From Octopus vulgaris (lineage: Eukaryota), in the NCBI GenBank assembly GCA_951406725.2, contig OX597820.1, forward strand, positions 46,624,001 through 46,688,000: a DNA stretch of 64,000 nt. The letters are read 5' to 3'. Below the pieces are notes generated by a model, which was not told the DNA's origin, did no database searches, and saw only the letters and a program-made list of their open reading frames with translations. Made by a program: the position numbers and the translations under genes. Below are positions 12,762 to 25,035 of this stretch, piece after piece (the first letter of the stretch is position 1; each line of letters opens with the position of its first letter).

Positions 12762-13631
12762 CTACAATAAAGAAAAGCAATTATAATGATGATGAGAATT
12801 ATGAAGACATCAACAGTGGTAGGAACAATTCTACTTTTATTATTATCATGAACATTTTTACCAATATAATGATAATCATATGCATTTTTACTAATATATG
12901 ATAATCATATGCATTTCAGCAAGTAGGATGGTTTTTGTAGTAACATCAAAGTTTAAACAAAAGATTGACCCTTTAGTATTTAAGCCAGCTATGTCTGTCC
13001 CATATTGTATGTTTCAACTGGCCAGATTCAGCCTCTCACACCTACCTAACAGTGCCATTGTAAAAATAAACAATCACATCATCAAAATATTGAAACTGCA
13101 AGATAATACCTGATTGATTCAAAACGATGTGAATACAGAAGCATTACATTTGACAGAGTAACCTGAATGCTAAGTACTGCAGATGTTAACTGAACAGACA
13201 CTGTGTGTAGCTTGTTGATAGTGAGATAAAATGTGGGGACGTTGCCTGCATTGACAACAGACATTGTATGTAGATGTCGACTGAACAGAGAAATACAGTG
13301 TGTAGATGATGAGGGGATAGGTAGACAGACTCATGTATAGGCTGTGTAGATATTGACTAAACAGGTACATATAGTGAGTAGATGTAGACATACGGACTTT
13401 TAAATATAGAAGTTGTTGACTAAATATATTAATATTGTGTGTAGATATAACAGATAGACACTGTCAAATTATAGGGTTACCATATTCTATTATATCAAAA
13501 ATATTAATATCCATTCCATAGAGCAAGCCACCAGGACCTTTTTTTCAACTGAAAAACTGTTCTATCACCTGTGGTAACTGTGACAGTGAGAGAAAGAGAA
13601 AAAACAACTTTGTGAAAAAGCATTGGAAATA

Positions 13632-15235
13632 CTAGCAAATCTACCCATCTATGATGAGGCATAAAATGAGGGAGGGAAGTCATAACAGCAGAATGTATTG
13701 ATAAATATGTAAATGAACTTTATAGATTACTGGGTGATGTCTTAGAGAAATCACATTATCGTTGGTGATACAGCATTCTATTGCAGCTATGTGACGTGTT
13801 TGCAACTAAGTGACATGTGATGATGATACACTCCTGAACTGAAATTTGCTCCCATCCTCTGTATCATGAGTGGTTATGTGGACCACACCAAATGAAAGCC
13901 AGAGCTTCCTTCGACCACTACATAAAAAGTATTAAGAAAAAAATATTATTCAGATATACTTTTATTTTAGTTGTTTACACTATTTTATGCTTGTTTATAC
14001 TCTTATACATTCAAAGTTCACAAATGTCCTTATTTAAGTTATGAATCATATTCCATTTGATAATATCAATATGGTTACAAAACTTCTTCGTGGACGATAC
14101 TTTCTGTTTGGTCGACACTAATTTTCAAATTACTGTAGTCCATTGCTCTACTCATAGCAACATATAACAGGCCACATGTAAACATCGGAATGAGTAAAAA
14201 TACACCTACATGATCTAAAGTCTGACCCTGTGCCTTGTTTGTTGTGAATGCCCGAGCGGAATCTTTAGGGTTGCAAAATATCAAACTAAGTCTTACCTCT
14301 CACGGTTCTATGTGAATAATGTCTGAATGTTCTGGTACCATGGGTTATTTTGATTGACAAAATGGAGATATAAACAACAGCCACTTCATTTTGAATCCTG
14401 CTCGAGACTGGCACACTTCAATATCCACTAAATAATCACACACATTATATACTGACACACAATTTTTCCACTTTATCTTCATTATTAACTTGTCCTTGTG
14501 ACCCCCTTTGTATCTACAATGGGGCCACTAACTATACTATGAAAATCCAGAGTTACTTGTGGTTGGAGAATTTTTAATAAAAATGCAAAGGTGGTTTGTC
14601 AATTGATATCCACAAAATAATCATACTTTCTGATTTTTTAATGCTAAAAACCTTCCTGACAACTGTCTTTGTAATCCCAAAAAATATCACAACCACCTGG
14701 TCCAGCTGTCTGGCTGTGAAGGGGAAGCAAATCTGCCCATCGTAGATGGGAAGATTTTGCTATCTTATTATAATGGGTATTACGTCCATCTGTCTGTCTA
14801 GGTGGCCATGAAGAGGGAACAGACAAAGAGATAGACTGGACAGATAGACATAACACCCATTATAGTAAGATAGCAAATCTGCCCATCCATGATAGGAAAT
14901 AAAGGGATAGTATTGCAAATCAAAACTCACTGAAAACACATACTATAGGGGGTGGAAATCCAGAGTTAATTCTCGTTGCCAGAAATTTAGCAAAAAAAAT
15001 CAAAGGCGATATCATCATCATGATCATGATCATCATCATTATTATTATTATTATTATTATTATTACAAAACTCAATATCCACTAAATAATCATACTTTTC
15101 CACATTTTTTGTTTTGCTAAAAACCTTCCTGATTACCTCTTTTATAATCTCAAAACACATCGTGACCATTGGTCCAGCCATTTGACTGTAAAGAGGGAAC
15201 AAACAGATAGATGGACATAATGCCCATTATAGTAG
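13632..15235 (-). mobile_element. Helitron-derived composite with PIF1 helicase remnant and tandem copy
   Basis: Hairpin+CTAG|T 3' end at 13632; AFTTNKAQGQTL..VG...GLLYVAMSR (PIF1 motifs V/VI) at ~14075-14255; TC-initiated 5' end at 14870 abutting the next 3' end. Confidence 0.72.
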
Positions 15236-15249
15236 AGAAAACTACTTAC

Positions 15250-15433
15250 CACATCTTTGAGAAATATTTTTGATGTGTCCCGTTTGTCATACCAGTGGCC
15301 ATGATCAATCCACTGTCGCAAGAGTTCAATTGGTGGCTGTGCACCGTATACCTCCTTTGCTGGCATATTTAGGTCATCTACAAATATGATAAGCTTCTTC
15401 CCAACTGGTGGGCCATAGACACTCTTCCTCCGC
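15250..15433 (-). CDS. DNAH3: DNAH3-like exon 15 (AAA3 Walker B)
   Basis: RRKSVYGPPVGKKLIIFVDDLNMPAKEVYGAQPPIELLRQW...KDV; 184 nt. Confidence 0.96.
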
Positions 15434-15541
15434 CTAGAAATCACATTAAACACCACATCAACTCACACAGAACATGATGAATATGTAAAGTATTTTCAAT
15501 AGCTTTGACTAGAATATTATCATTATGAAATGCTGATAATA

Positions 15542-16096
15542 TTGGGTTGTCTGGAAAGTTCGTGCCGATTTATAGTAGCTTACCTTTCGACTTATTTTAG
15601 AACATGGTTGAGTTCATAAAATAGAATTTGACTGCACCTATATTTAGAGCACAGTTTAAGCTATCTTTTCATGGAAGAAGGTTTATGTTCCTATAATATG
15701 TGTAAATTCTGTAACCCTTTAAAATGGAAGATAAGAAAGTTCATTTTCGGCACTTGATGCTTTGGGAACCAGACAAAAATTGCTGCAGCTTGGCTGGAAT
15801 GTGTTACCCCACCCTCCATATTCACCAGATGTTGCTCCACTTATTCAGGTCTCTGAAGAATAGTCTTAATGGTAAAAATTTCAATTCCTTGGATGATGTA
15901 AAAAGATACCTTGATGAATTCTTTGCCACAAAACCACCTCAATTCTGGGAAGAGGGTATTTTCAAGTTAAAGAAAAGATGGAGACACATTGTGCAACAAA
16001 ATGGTTCATATTTAATTGATTAAAAATGTAATGGCAAGTATTTATTGACCTTTTTCTTTCCTTTAAAAATCGGCGCAAACTTTGTGGACAACCCAA
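15542..16096 (+). mobile_element. Internally deleted mariner element (555 bp), TA TSD
   Basis: TIRs TTGGGTTGTC.GGAAAGTT.GTGCCGATTT; transposase N- and C-terminal remnants. Confidence 0.92.
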
Positions 16097-16951
16097 TAGT
16101 ATTAAAGAAAGGAAGATTATCAAGTCAAGTGGGTACTATGTGTATTTAACATTTCAAGGCAAATACTAATTGGATGTCAAATATGTGATATGCATTACCC
16201 ATGAAATATTAAAGATTTGCTATGAACACAAAAGAGCAACAGATCCAATCATATATAAAGTAGGAGTAAAACAGATGGCATAATCAATTATAAAAGATTT
16301 CAGAAAAGAATACTTGATATTATAAGGAGTTTCGTTACATGGTTAGTAGTAAAATAGCTTTGGAATACGGGAGTAATTTGATAGCAAACAGTTGAATGTA
16401 ATCTCAAAAGGTTGCAGTTCAAAAACATCAACATTCCCATGCTTCAAATGATGATGCAAATGACAACAACAGCAACAATGCCAAACACTAAAGTGGAATA
16501 TGAAATGAAGTCATATTTAAGTTTGTGATGAAGTGGTGACATAGCAGAAGCCTTGTGATTGATTAGAAGACAATGAAAAAACGAAGCTGGTGTCACACGA
16601 TGCTAACAATCAGACAAATTGTGATTGGAATTCACACACTGCGGCAGGTGACAAAAGTCATTCAATCAAGTCATTAATACATGCAAGGAAACAGTCTATA
16701 CTTGTTCAAGTGAGGACAAAATGACATCGCTGTGCCAACTCATATTGACATGACAGTACTAATAACGCTGAAAGTAAATCCCACATGTTAAACTTAGACT
16801 AACTTAGATGTTATGGAGATGTACTTGCATAGCAAGTGACCTGATCTGAGATCGTGTGCTGGAACGAAAACAATTGCAGTGTGGAAGGTGTTTGTAAGCC
16901 ATTTAAGAAACACACAAGAACCATTAGATTCACTTCAACATTTAAATTTAA

Positions 16952-17002
16952 TTTGTCAAAATATTTTCGGCGCTTTGAGACCGCGACCTGTTCACTGACA
17001 AA
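16952..17002 (-). ncRNA. Variant minimal hammerhead motif with G3-C8 core (GUGAACA)
   Basis: tttgtca-GTGAACA-gg(t)cgc...gcgcc-GAAA-atat-TT-tgacaaa; 7-bp stem I. Confidence 0.55.
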
Positions 17003-17860
17003 ACTCCATCAGCATTTGACAAATTAAATTTAAATATAGAAGTGAATCTAACGGTTTTTGTGTGTTTCTTAAATGGCTTATAAACACCTTCCATGCTGCA
17101 ATTGTTGTTAACTTAGATGTGTTTCATCCAAAATTGTTCCAGGCCATTTCTACCTTAACAGGTGAAGTCATTTTTCAGTCAAGTTTTGTTATATCATAGT
17201 CCATTTAAGTAGTGAATTGTTATAAGTGGGACCAGTTTAACTCTGAAGACTATAGTATAGTATAACTTACACAACATTTAATTGCTTAGATAAAAATAAA
17301 TTAACTTCTTATTTACATGTGACATCTCTTGAACATTACCGATTACTAATTTTGACACAAGGATTAAATTTCCAAAAGAAGAAATATAATTGCTAAATTT
17401 GACTTCATTATATTACTTGTACATATTTTATTAAACTTGGAGGAGTGGAAAGTGAAGTCAATCCCAAGTAGGATTTCAATGCTGAACATAAAGGGGTCTA
17501 AATAAAAACAAGAAGGAAATTAGTCAGGCTAAATAAACACTAGGATTTCTGATACTTGAGAATCTTTAAGACAACACCTCTCTATATCTTACTGAGCACT
17601 GTTTATGTAAATACAAGATACTAACACTAAAGAGAAACACAGCTGGAGAATAGAAGACTTAAAATCCATTCTAGATGTAGAGTTAAAGATGAAATTGCAA
17701 TATGAGAATAGACAGCAGTGCATCATCATTGCATACAGAGAGCATGTGTGACAACAAGGGTGGTGTAACAAGGGTGGTGTAACAACAGGACAGTGTAACA
17801 ACACGTGTTTGTGAAATGGAAACAGAGTCACAGTAACAACAGAAGGAGAGTTAAAACAAA

Positions 17861-17900
<40 letters not shown>

Positions 17901-18140
17901 TTGTATACTGTGCTTGTGTAGAACTGTCGAGCCAAGTGAGGTCATAGTTGTGGCCGATGCCGGTGTCAGAGCAATTCCGGTGTAGCAAAAAATTTGCAAA
18001 AATCCCACATTTTTGGAGTTTAGAGGGCTTGAGGGAGTAAATGCCCTTGATTGGTCACAGTAAAAATTTAGCATTTTCTAGTAATCAATTAGAGCAACAT
18101 TTCAGCCCTCATATATACATATAAATATATACATACATAT

Positions 18141-18174
<34 letters not shown>

Positions 18175-19091
18175 GCTGACATACCCATACCCAGTAATTC
18201 CCGGGAAAGCAGGGCTTATCCCTTGGTTCCATTTTCATAATTGTTTCACTCATCCAATAACAACAATACAAAGTATGTAGCCCTTAAAACGGTTTTTGTG
18301 CATTTACAGAGAATACCGAATTGTCTTTCACAGGATCTTGTTTTTAGGAATTCCCTATAAGTTATGAATACCCAAATTGTGAAGTCAGTTATGTAATAAA
18401 ATGCAATAGAGGACAATAAAACATTCGAACAGATAGAAGATACAAAGGCAGACAGGAGAAACAGCTATTTGAAGGACAGGGAAAAAAGGATGGGTCATTC
18501 ATAGCCTTCTTTCTTCAGTTAAGTTACCAGATGTCATTACTGTTTTTGACATTTACACTTGAGACAGTTCGATCTGTAACTAAATTTTGTACAACTCTTT
18601 TACTCTATCTTTTAGTACCCCTCATACTTTCTTCCACTTTTCTTTTTCTTGCCCCCCCCCCCCTCTCTCACATTTATTGGACTTCTCTTTCTATAACTCC
18701 TACGTTTCTTTCTCTCCCCTGTACCTTGCCCTTTGTCTTCGATTTTTTTCTAATCCTTCAATCCCACTGCCCCCTACCCCTCTCTCCTCCTTCCACATGA
18801 CCGGTGTCCAGCCAGCCATGATCTTTCTTTCTTGGCCTGACTGCTGACCGTCAACACCTCTTATGTCCATCTACTATGTTCCTGCCATTAGGCTTTCACT
18901 TCATACATGCCAGCTCAATCTGATTTGTTCTCAGTAGAAAGACACCTGTTGTAATATTCTTGTTGTTTGTATTTGTAATTGTGTACCATGTTCTCCGTTT
19001 TTTTGTCCCTGTTGATGTACACATTCACTAGTATTCTTACAAAAAATATACATATACATACATATATATATATATACACACACACATATAC

Positions 19092-19135
<44 letters not shown>

Positions 19136-19213
19136 ACATATATATATACACATACATATATATATACTTATACATACACGCATACATATATATGTACATA
19201 CATATATATATGC

Positions 19214-19244
<31 letters not shown>

Positions 19245-19268
19245 CACATATATACATACATACATACA

Positions 19269-19304
<36 letters not shown>

Positions 19305-19789
19305 TACATACATATATACATACATACATCCTACTCTCTCTCCAACCGGTTAGCCTTCTACTTCCTCTACAGCAAGACACCTGTTTCTGTCTTTCTGTCT
19401 CATGATAACTTCTCATAATCTGACTCAAGATCACCTCCTCCTATGCTGCCTACCCCTTGAAAGTTTTTTTTAAATTTTTTGTCTTCGAAGTACTTGGTGA
19501 CCCTGTCCATACAGGTGCCACTTAAAAGCACCCAGTCTACACCGTAAAGTGGCTGGTGTTTGGAAATGCATCCAGCTGTAAAAACCTTGCCAAAACTGAC
19601 CTCACCTGTGCTTGTACCACATAAAAAGCACTAAGTCCACTCCGCTGAGTGGTTGGTGTTAGGAAGGGCATCCAGCTGTAAAAATCCTGCCAAACAATCA
19701 CAGAAGTCTGGTGCAGTTATCTGCCTGGCTGGCTCTTGTGAAACCATACCACCCATGCTAGCATGGAAGGCAGACATTAAACGATGATG

Positions 19790-19851
<62 letters not shown>

Positions 19852-21511
19852 AAGAGAGAGAGATTTAGATAGATATATAGATATACAGATATAGATATAT
19901 ATATGTATATATATGTTTCCCAACAAATCAAATTGAAAACTAAAAATTGCTTAGAAGAGGTTTAAAAGATAAAAAAATATATTTCACACTCAAATAGACA
20001 AAAATAAGAATATATATATATATAAAAGTAAACATTCAAGACCAGCTGATAAAAATGTGAGATTCATATGTGAGCTACAATCACTTGGTGAAATTTGGTG
20101 AATTTGTAGGCAGGCTAAGGAAAATATCAGAGCTTGGTGCAGTAGCTCTGTTATTTCATACTTACTTCTTCTGATAAGACAGTTTAGCATATTCACTGGA
20201 AAAAAAGTGTAGAGTTATACACAGCAAAGTGATATTGCTGACAGCAGTTGTAGCATTGCCTTAGAGTGGAGAGATGCTGTCTGCAGGGCTGGTAAGGGTT
20301 GGACCAAAATAATAATAATGGTGGTAGATAGTTGTGCTAAGGAAATTTGGGAGTGAAAAAAAAAAGGGTTGAGGTGAGACAAAATGATGATCTTAATTAC
20401 TGAAAGGCGAAAGAGAGAATGGGGAAATGAGTGATGGTGTAGTGAGTGAGCAAGTGAGTGAGTAAGGTAAGAGGAATGAGTGAATGATGGAGGTATTTGG
20501 ATATGTGTTGGTATAAAGGTGATAGGAGCAATGGAGAGAAAGAGTGAGGAAGGGAGAGAGGCAGAGAGAGGGGGAGAGAGGGAGTGAGATAGTGACAGGC
20601 AGGCAGACAGTGAAGGAGTGTGTGAAGGGTAAAATTTGGTTTAATGAATGAAAGGAAGATGAGAGAAGAGAGTAGGAGATGATGTTGTAAGTAAGGAGAA
20701 GTGAATGAATGAGAGACGGTGTGGTGATGGAAAGATGGAGTAAGAATGGGTGAGACATGATGTGAGCAATGAAGACTGTAAGAGGTAGAGTGTAAGTAAG
20801 ACAAAGAGAGATTGAGAGAATAGAGAAAATAGATACAACCAATGTTCCCTCTAGTCTTTTGCTACAGGTGTGTACATAAATTTACCTGTGTGCAATTTCT
20901 ATCTTTCTTTGCATAGTATGTACACATCCATGTGAGTAAGTATCATTCAAATGCCATATGAACCACCTAAGTAAATGTTACACCATTTTGAACAGCATAC
21001 TATTTATAATTTTAGTATGAAATTAAATGATTAATTTCATCAGATAAAAAAAATTGAATTATATCTTGAAGACCAAGTGTACATCATTTTTTCCTTCGTG
21101 CTCTTGTTGCAGAGTATTCACACATGCACTCGTGCACAGCTTAGAAGAAACATTGTATATGAGTTTAAATTTGAGTGAGAGATGAAACAGGAGTATTGGT
21201 AGTAAGAAAAAAAGAGATGAGGAAGTGTTATAATATAAAGAAAGCTTGTGAGCATAGGAAGGTGTTTAACAGAGAGAGTGGAGTAATAGTCAGGGCAATT
21301 TAGAAATAAAATAGATGAGAGAGAGACAAAACAAACAACTGAGTAAAAGATGATCTGTATCTTCCAGTAAAATCTTCCCATTCTCTGTATCATCTGATCA
21401 AGATCAAGGATTAAATTCATTATCAATGGAACAAGTGTAAGAGCCATTGATACTTACTAGATCATATTCGATACTCACCATATGCAGACCACAATCAGGG
21501 TTCGGACCAAA

Positions 21512-21550
<39 letters not shown>

Positions 21551-21941
21551 TGTGTGTATGTGTGTGTGTGTGTGTGTGAGTGAGTGTGTGTGTGTGTGTG
21601 TGTATGTGTGCGTGTGTGTATGTGTGTGTGTGTGTGTATCTGTCTGTGTGGATGCACACACATCCATGAGCTACATAGCAGTAGTGGGTCAATTCACAGT
21701 TGTTACTACTGGCTCAGATGATATATCTGTTAGTACAGAATCACATGTAAGACTTGGATCAGATAATACAGCTGTTTGTCTTAAAAAAAACACAAAAGCA
21801 ACAGGTTACAAATATATCATCTTGCTACAGAGGATCTAGATGTGTAAAGGAGATGAAACTAATTAATGAAACACTCAAAATCACATTTTATCTCACTCTA
21901 CAAGTGTTCTAGCCAAAAACTAGACAAAAGTACCATCCTAC

Positions 21942-22022
21942 CTGTCAAGTTGTGACATAATTATCTCTTGGGTTTGGTAAGCTGTTGTTCTAGCAGAGAA
22001 GTTCATACAGTTTGGAATGTAT
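21942..22022 (-). CDS. DNAH3: DNAH3-like exon 14 (AAA3)
   Basis: (I)YIPNCMNFSARTTAYQTQEIIMSQLD(R); 81 nt, phase 2-2; not in the ORF track. Confidence 0.94.
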
Positions 22023-22147
22023 CTGTAAAATGAAAGTTATAATTCAAGTGGATGTATGCATGTGCTCGATAGCATGTCTACAGGGTAAGTGTGACTACAT
22101 AAATACACACACACACACACATACATATATAAACACACATTTACACA

Positions 22148-22183
<36 letters not shown>

Positions 22184-22369
22184 CACACACACACACACAC
22201 ACATACATACACACACACATACAGACTCGATATTTTAACCTGCCATGAAATATCCTGAAAAACAGACTGTTATTTTACTACACAATTACATATACAGGTG
22301 TGCATGTGTGTGTGTGTGTGTGCATATGTGCGTGTGTGTGGGAATGTGTTATATATATGTGTGATGGAA

Positions 22370-22970
22370 GATGTACACATATATTAGGTGTACATGAATG
22401 GCTTTTGAGGGCCATACAAGCTATGTAGAAAGACGCAGTAACTAAAAAATGATTTTAGTGATAAATTTAGTGTGAAGGTAGGAGTTCATCAAAGTTCAGT
22501 CCTCCGTCCCTTTCTGTTCATCATAGTCCCACAAGCCATCACAGAAGAGTTGAAGACAGGCTGTCCATAGGAACTCCAAACGCTGTACCCAAAATAAGCT
22601 ATAAACCCACAAGAGATGTAGTGGAATCACATTCAGACTAACCAAGTAAGCAAGCTTCATATGTAATAGATGCACAGGAACAGTATGTACTATGAATACA
22701 CTGAAATCATATTCTCTTAAATGCCCAGATGGCTCATTAGAAGTTGATAGTGTTTGTTACCTAGGTAACAAGAGGAGGTAGCTGCTCCAAAAAAATATAG
22801 TAGCCAGAGCAAGAATGAGTTGGGATAAGTTTAGGGTAACTACAACAGCTGTTGGCATCAAAGGTCTTTTTCTCTCTGAGTAAAGGGACAGATTGTATGA
22901 TGCTTATGTTAGAACTGTGATGCTACATTGTAGTGAGACATAGAGCTTGAATGCAGAAGACTTGAAAAGA
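22370..22970 (+). mobile_element. Degenerate RTE LINE RT fragment
   Basis: FSVKVGVHQSSVLRPFLFII...EELKTGCP*EL, homologous to the 40335-42790 element; contains stops. Confidence 0.75.
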
Positions 22971-23178
22971 TTCTCTTACTCTTTCCTCTTTTACTTGTTT
23001 CAGTCATTTGACTGTGGCCATGCTGGAGCAGTTCCTTTAGTCGAGCAAATCGACCCCAGGACTCATTCTTTGTAAGCCTAGTACTTATTCTATCGTTCTC
23101 TTTTGCCGAACCGCTAAGTTACGGGGACGTTAACACACCAGCATCGGTTGTCAAGTGATGTTGTGGGGACAAACACAG

Positions 23179-23211
<33 letters not shown>

Positions 23212-23399
23212 CATATATATGACGGGCTTCTTTCAGTTTCCATCTACCAAATCCACTCACAAGGCTTTGGTTGGCCCGAGGCTATAGTAGAAGACACTTG
23301 CCCAAGATGCCACGCAGCGGGACTGAACCCGGAACAATGTGGTTTGTAAGCAAGCTACTTACCACACAGCCACTCCTACACCTCTTAAGGTAACCAAAT

Positions 23400-24060
23400 G
23401 CCTCGTCATCTAATTAGTGATGTGCAGGCAGCTACTCGGTACTACTTTGTTGTGGTGAGAGAGCTTATACCCTTTGAGGGAGAGGCAGCTCGGTTTCATC
23501 CAGTCAGTCTCCCTTTGATTTGACCCCATGTCGGCCTTGTGCACCACTGGGGCTTCGCCTACTTGTCGTAGGTGGCACCGTCCCACCGTAATACACTGGC
23601 ACCTGCTACAACCATCGTGCACGCCCAGAGCGCACAACCTGCATCTGTCATCGGACTCTCAGTCGGTATGAGGCACTAAAGGGGCCATGCTTCCTGGGCG
23701 CGAAGTGAGGCGCAGGGCAAACCAAAATGGTGGGCACACGCACTCCACCACCTCTTCTTCCCTAGCCAGTTGAAGAAAAAGTCCCTCCAGAAATGTGAGA
23801 CCAATGAAGAACAATGGGAAATCATGGTCATGAACAGGTCTGAATTGAGGCAAGCAATTCACAAGGGAACTGGACTTTATGAAAATGAAAAACAAGTCTG
23901 TCAAATGGAAAAGCATGCAGCAATGAAGGTGAGAACTAACACAACAGATCATTTCATTGTGTGTCTAGTATGCAGCTGCCATTGTGCATTTGACTTTGGA
24001 CTCACATCATGCATGAAGGTGCACATAATAATATATTTTGAAAAGTATTAACTGAAGAAG
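23400..24060 (+). mobile_element. Internally deleted RTE-type element (GC-rich UTR-like part plus C-terminal zinc-finger tail)
   Basis: ORF 23770-24051 resembles an RTE C-terminus (WE...NRSELRQAIHKG...CxxC...GL.S.MKVH); GC-rich leader. Confidence 0.55.
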
Positions 24061-24605
24061 TAATGGTGTTACTAGATCAAATAAGCCAGTGGCAAGTTTA
24101 AATTCATAAACAAGCAGGAGTGGCTGTGTGGTAAGTAGCTTGCTTATCAACCACATGGTTCCGGGTTCAGTCCCATTGTGTCGCACTTTGAGTGAGTGTC
24201 TTCTACTATAGCTTCAGGCCAACCAAAGCCTTGTGAGTGGATTTGGCAGACGGAAACTGAAAGAAGCCCGTCAAATATATGTACATGTATATATATATGT
24301 GTGTGTGTTTGAGTGTCTGTATTTGACCCACCAATATCGCTTGACAACCGATGCTGGTGTGTTTACGTCCCCATAACTTAGTGGTTCGGCAATAGAGACC
24401 GATAGAATAAGTACTAGGCTTACAAAGAATAAGTCCTGGGGTCAATTTGCTCGACTAAAGATGGTTATCCAGCATGGCCACACTCAAATGACTGAAACAA
24501 GTAAAAGAGTAAGCCATTCCCTGTATTTTGTCAAGGAGAAAATTTCTTGCTGTAGACAAATGGTGTAAATACACCTAAATCAGCCTGCAGTGCCACCTAT
24601 CCAGA

Positions 24606-24653
24606 CTGTGAGATGCAAGCATTTCAAAATGGTTATCTCCTCTTCAGTCACAG
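24606..24653 (-). ncRNA. Type I hammerhead ribozyme motif
   Basis: ctgtga-CTGAAGA-ggagataaccatttt-GAAA-tg(cttg)c-ATC|tcacag; 6-bp stem I, 3-bp stem III, weak GU-rich stem II. Confidence 0.68.
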
Positions 24654-24990
24654 AGATTGAACAGTGGTGCTGCAAGCTGATAAGAGAGACAATCTCTCTT
24701 ATGTTGGTCTAGTCATGTATATCAGCTGGTACCACTAAGCAGCAGCTGACTGTAAGTAAATTACAAGATAGGAGTGCTAAGCAGTGATGTATATAAATGC
24801 TATGTTACTACCAGTTCAAATATCAAACTGGAAATAACATTGCATTTATATACATCACTGCTTAGTGCTCCCACTTTATAACAGAAAAAGGCCATGCATA
24901 AGGGGATGTATTTCCTATAATACATAAAAGATCTGAAACATACATATTAAATGTTTTCAAAATATCATTATTAGGTTTAACTTCATTATT

Positions 24991-25035
<45 letters not shown>

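Noticed and set aside
18915-19434. [12 protein letters not shown] ORFs here and at 7700, 21450, 31700, 39750-40440 and 60000
   Set aside because: Dinucleotide-repeat artefacts with no coding signature.
23435-23600. Possible HDV-like ribozyme in the GC-rich RTE leader
   Set aside because: Only loose resemblance to P3/L3 and P4; I could not build the nested double pseudoknot.
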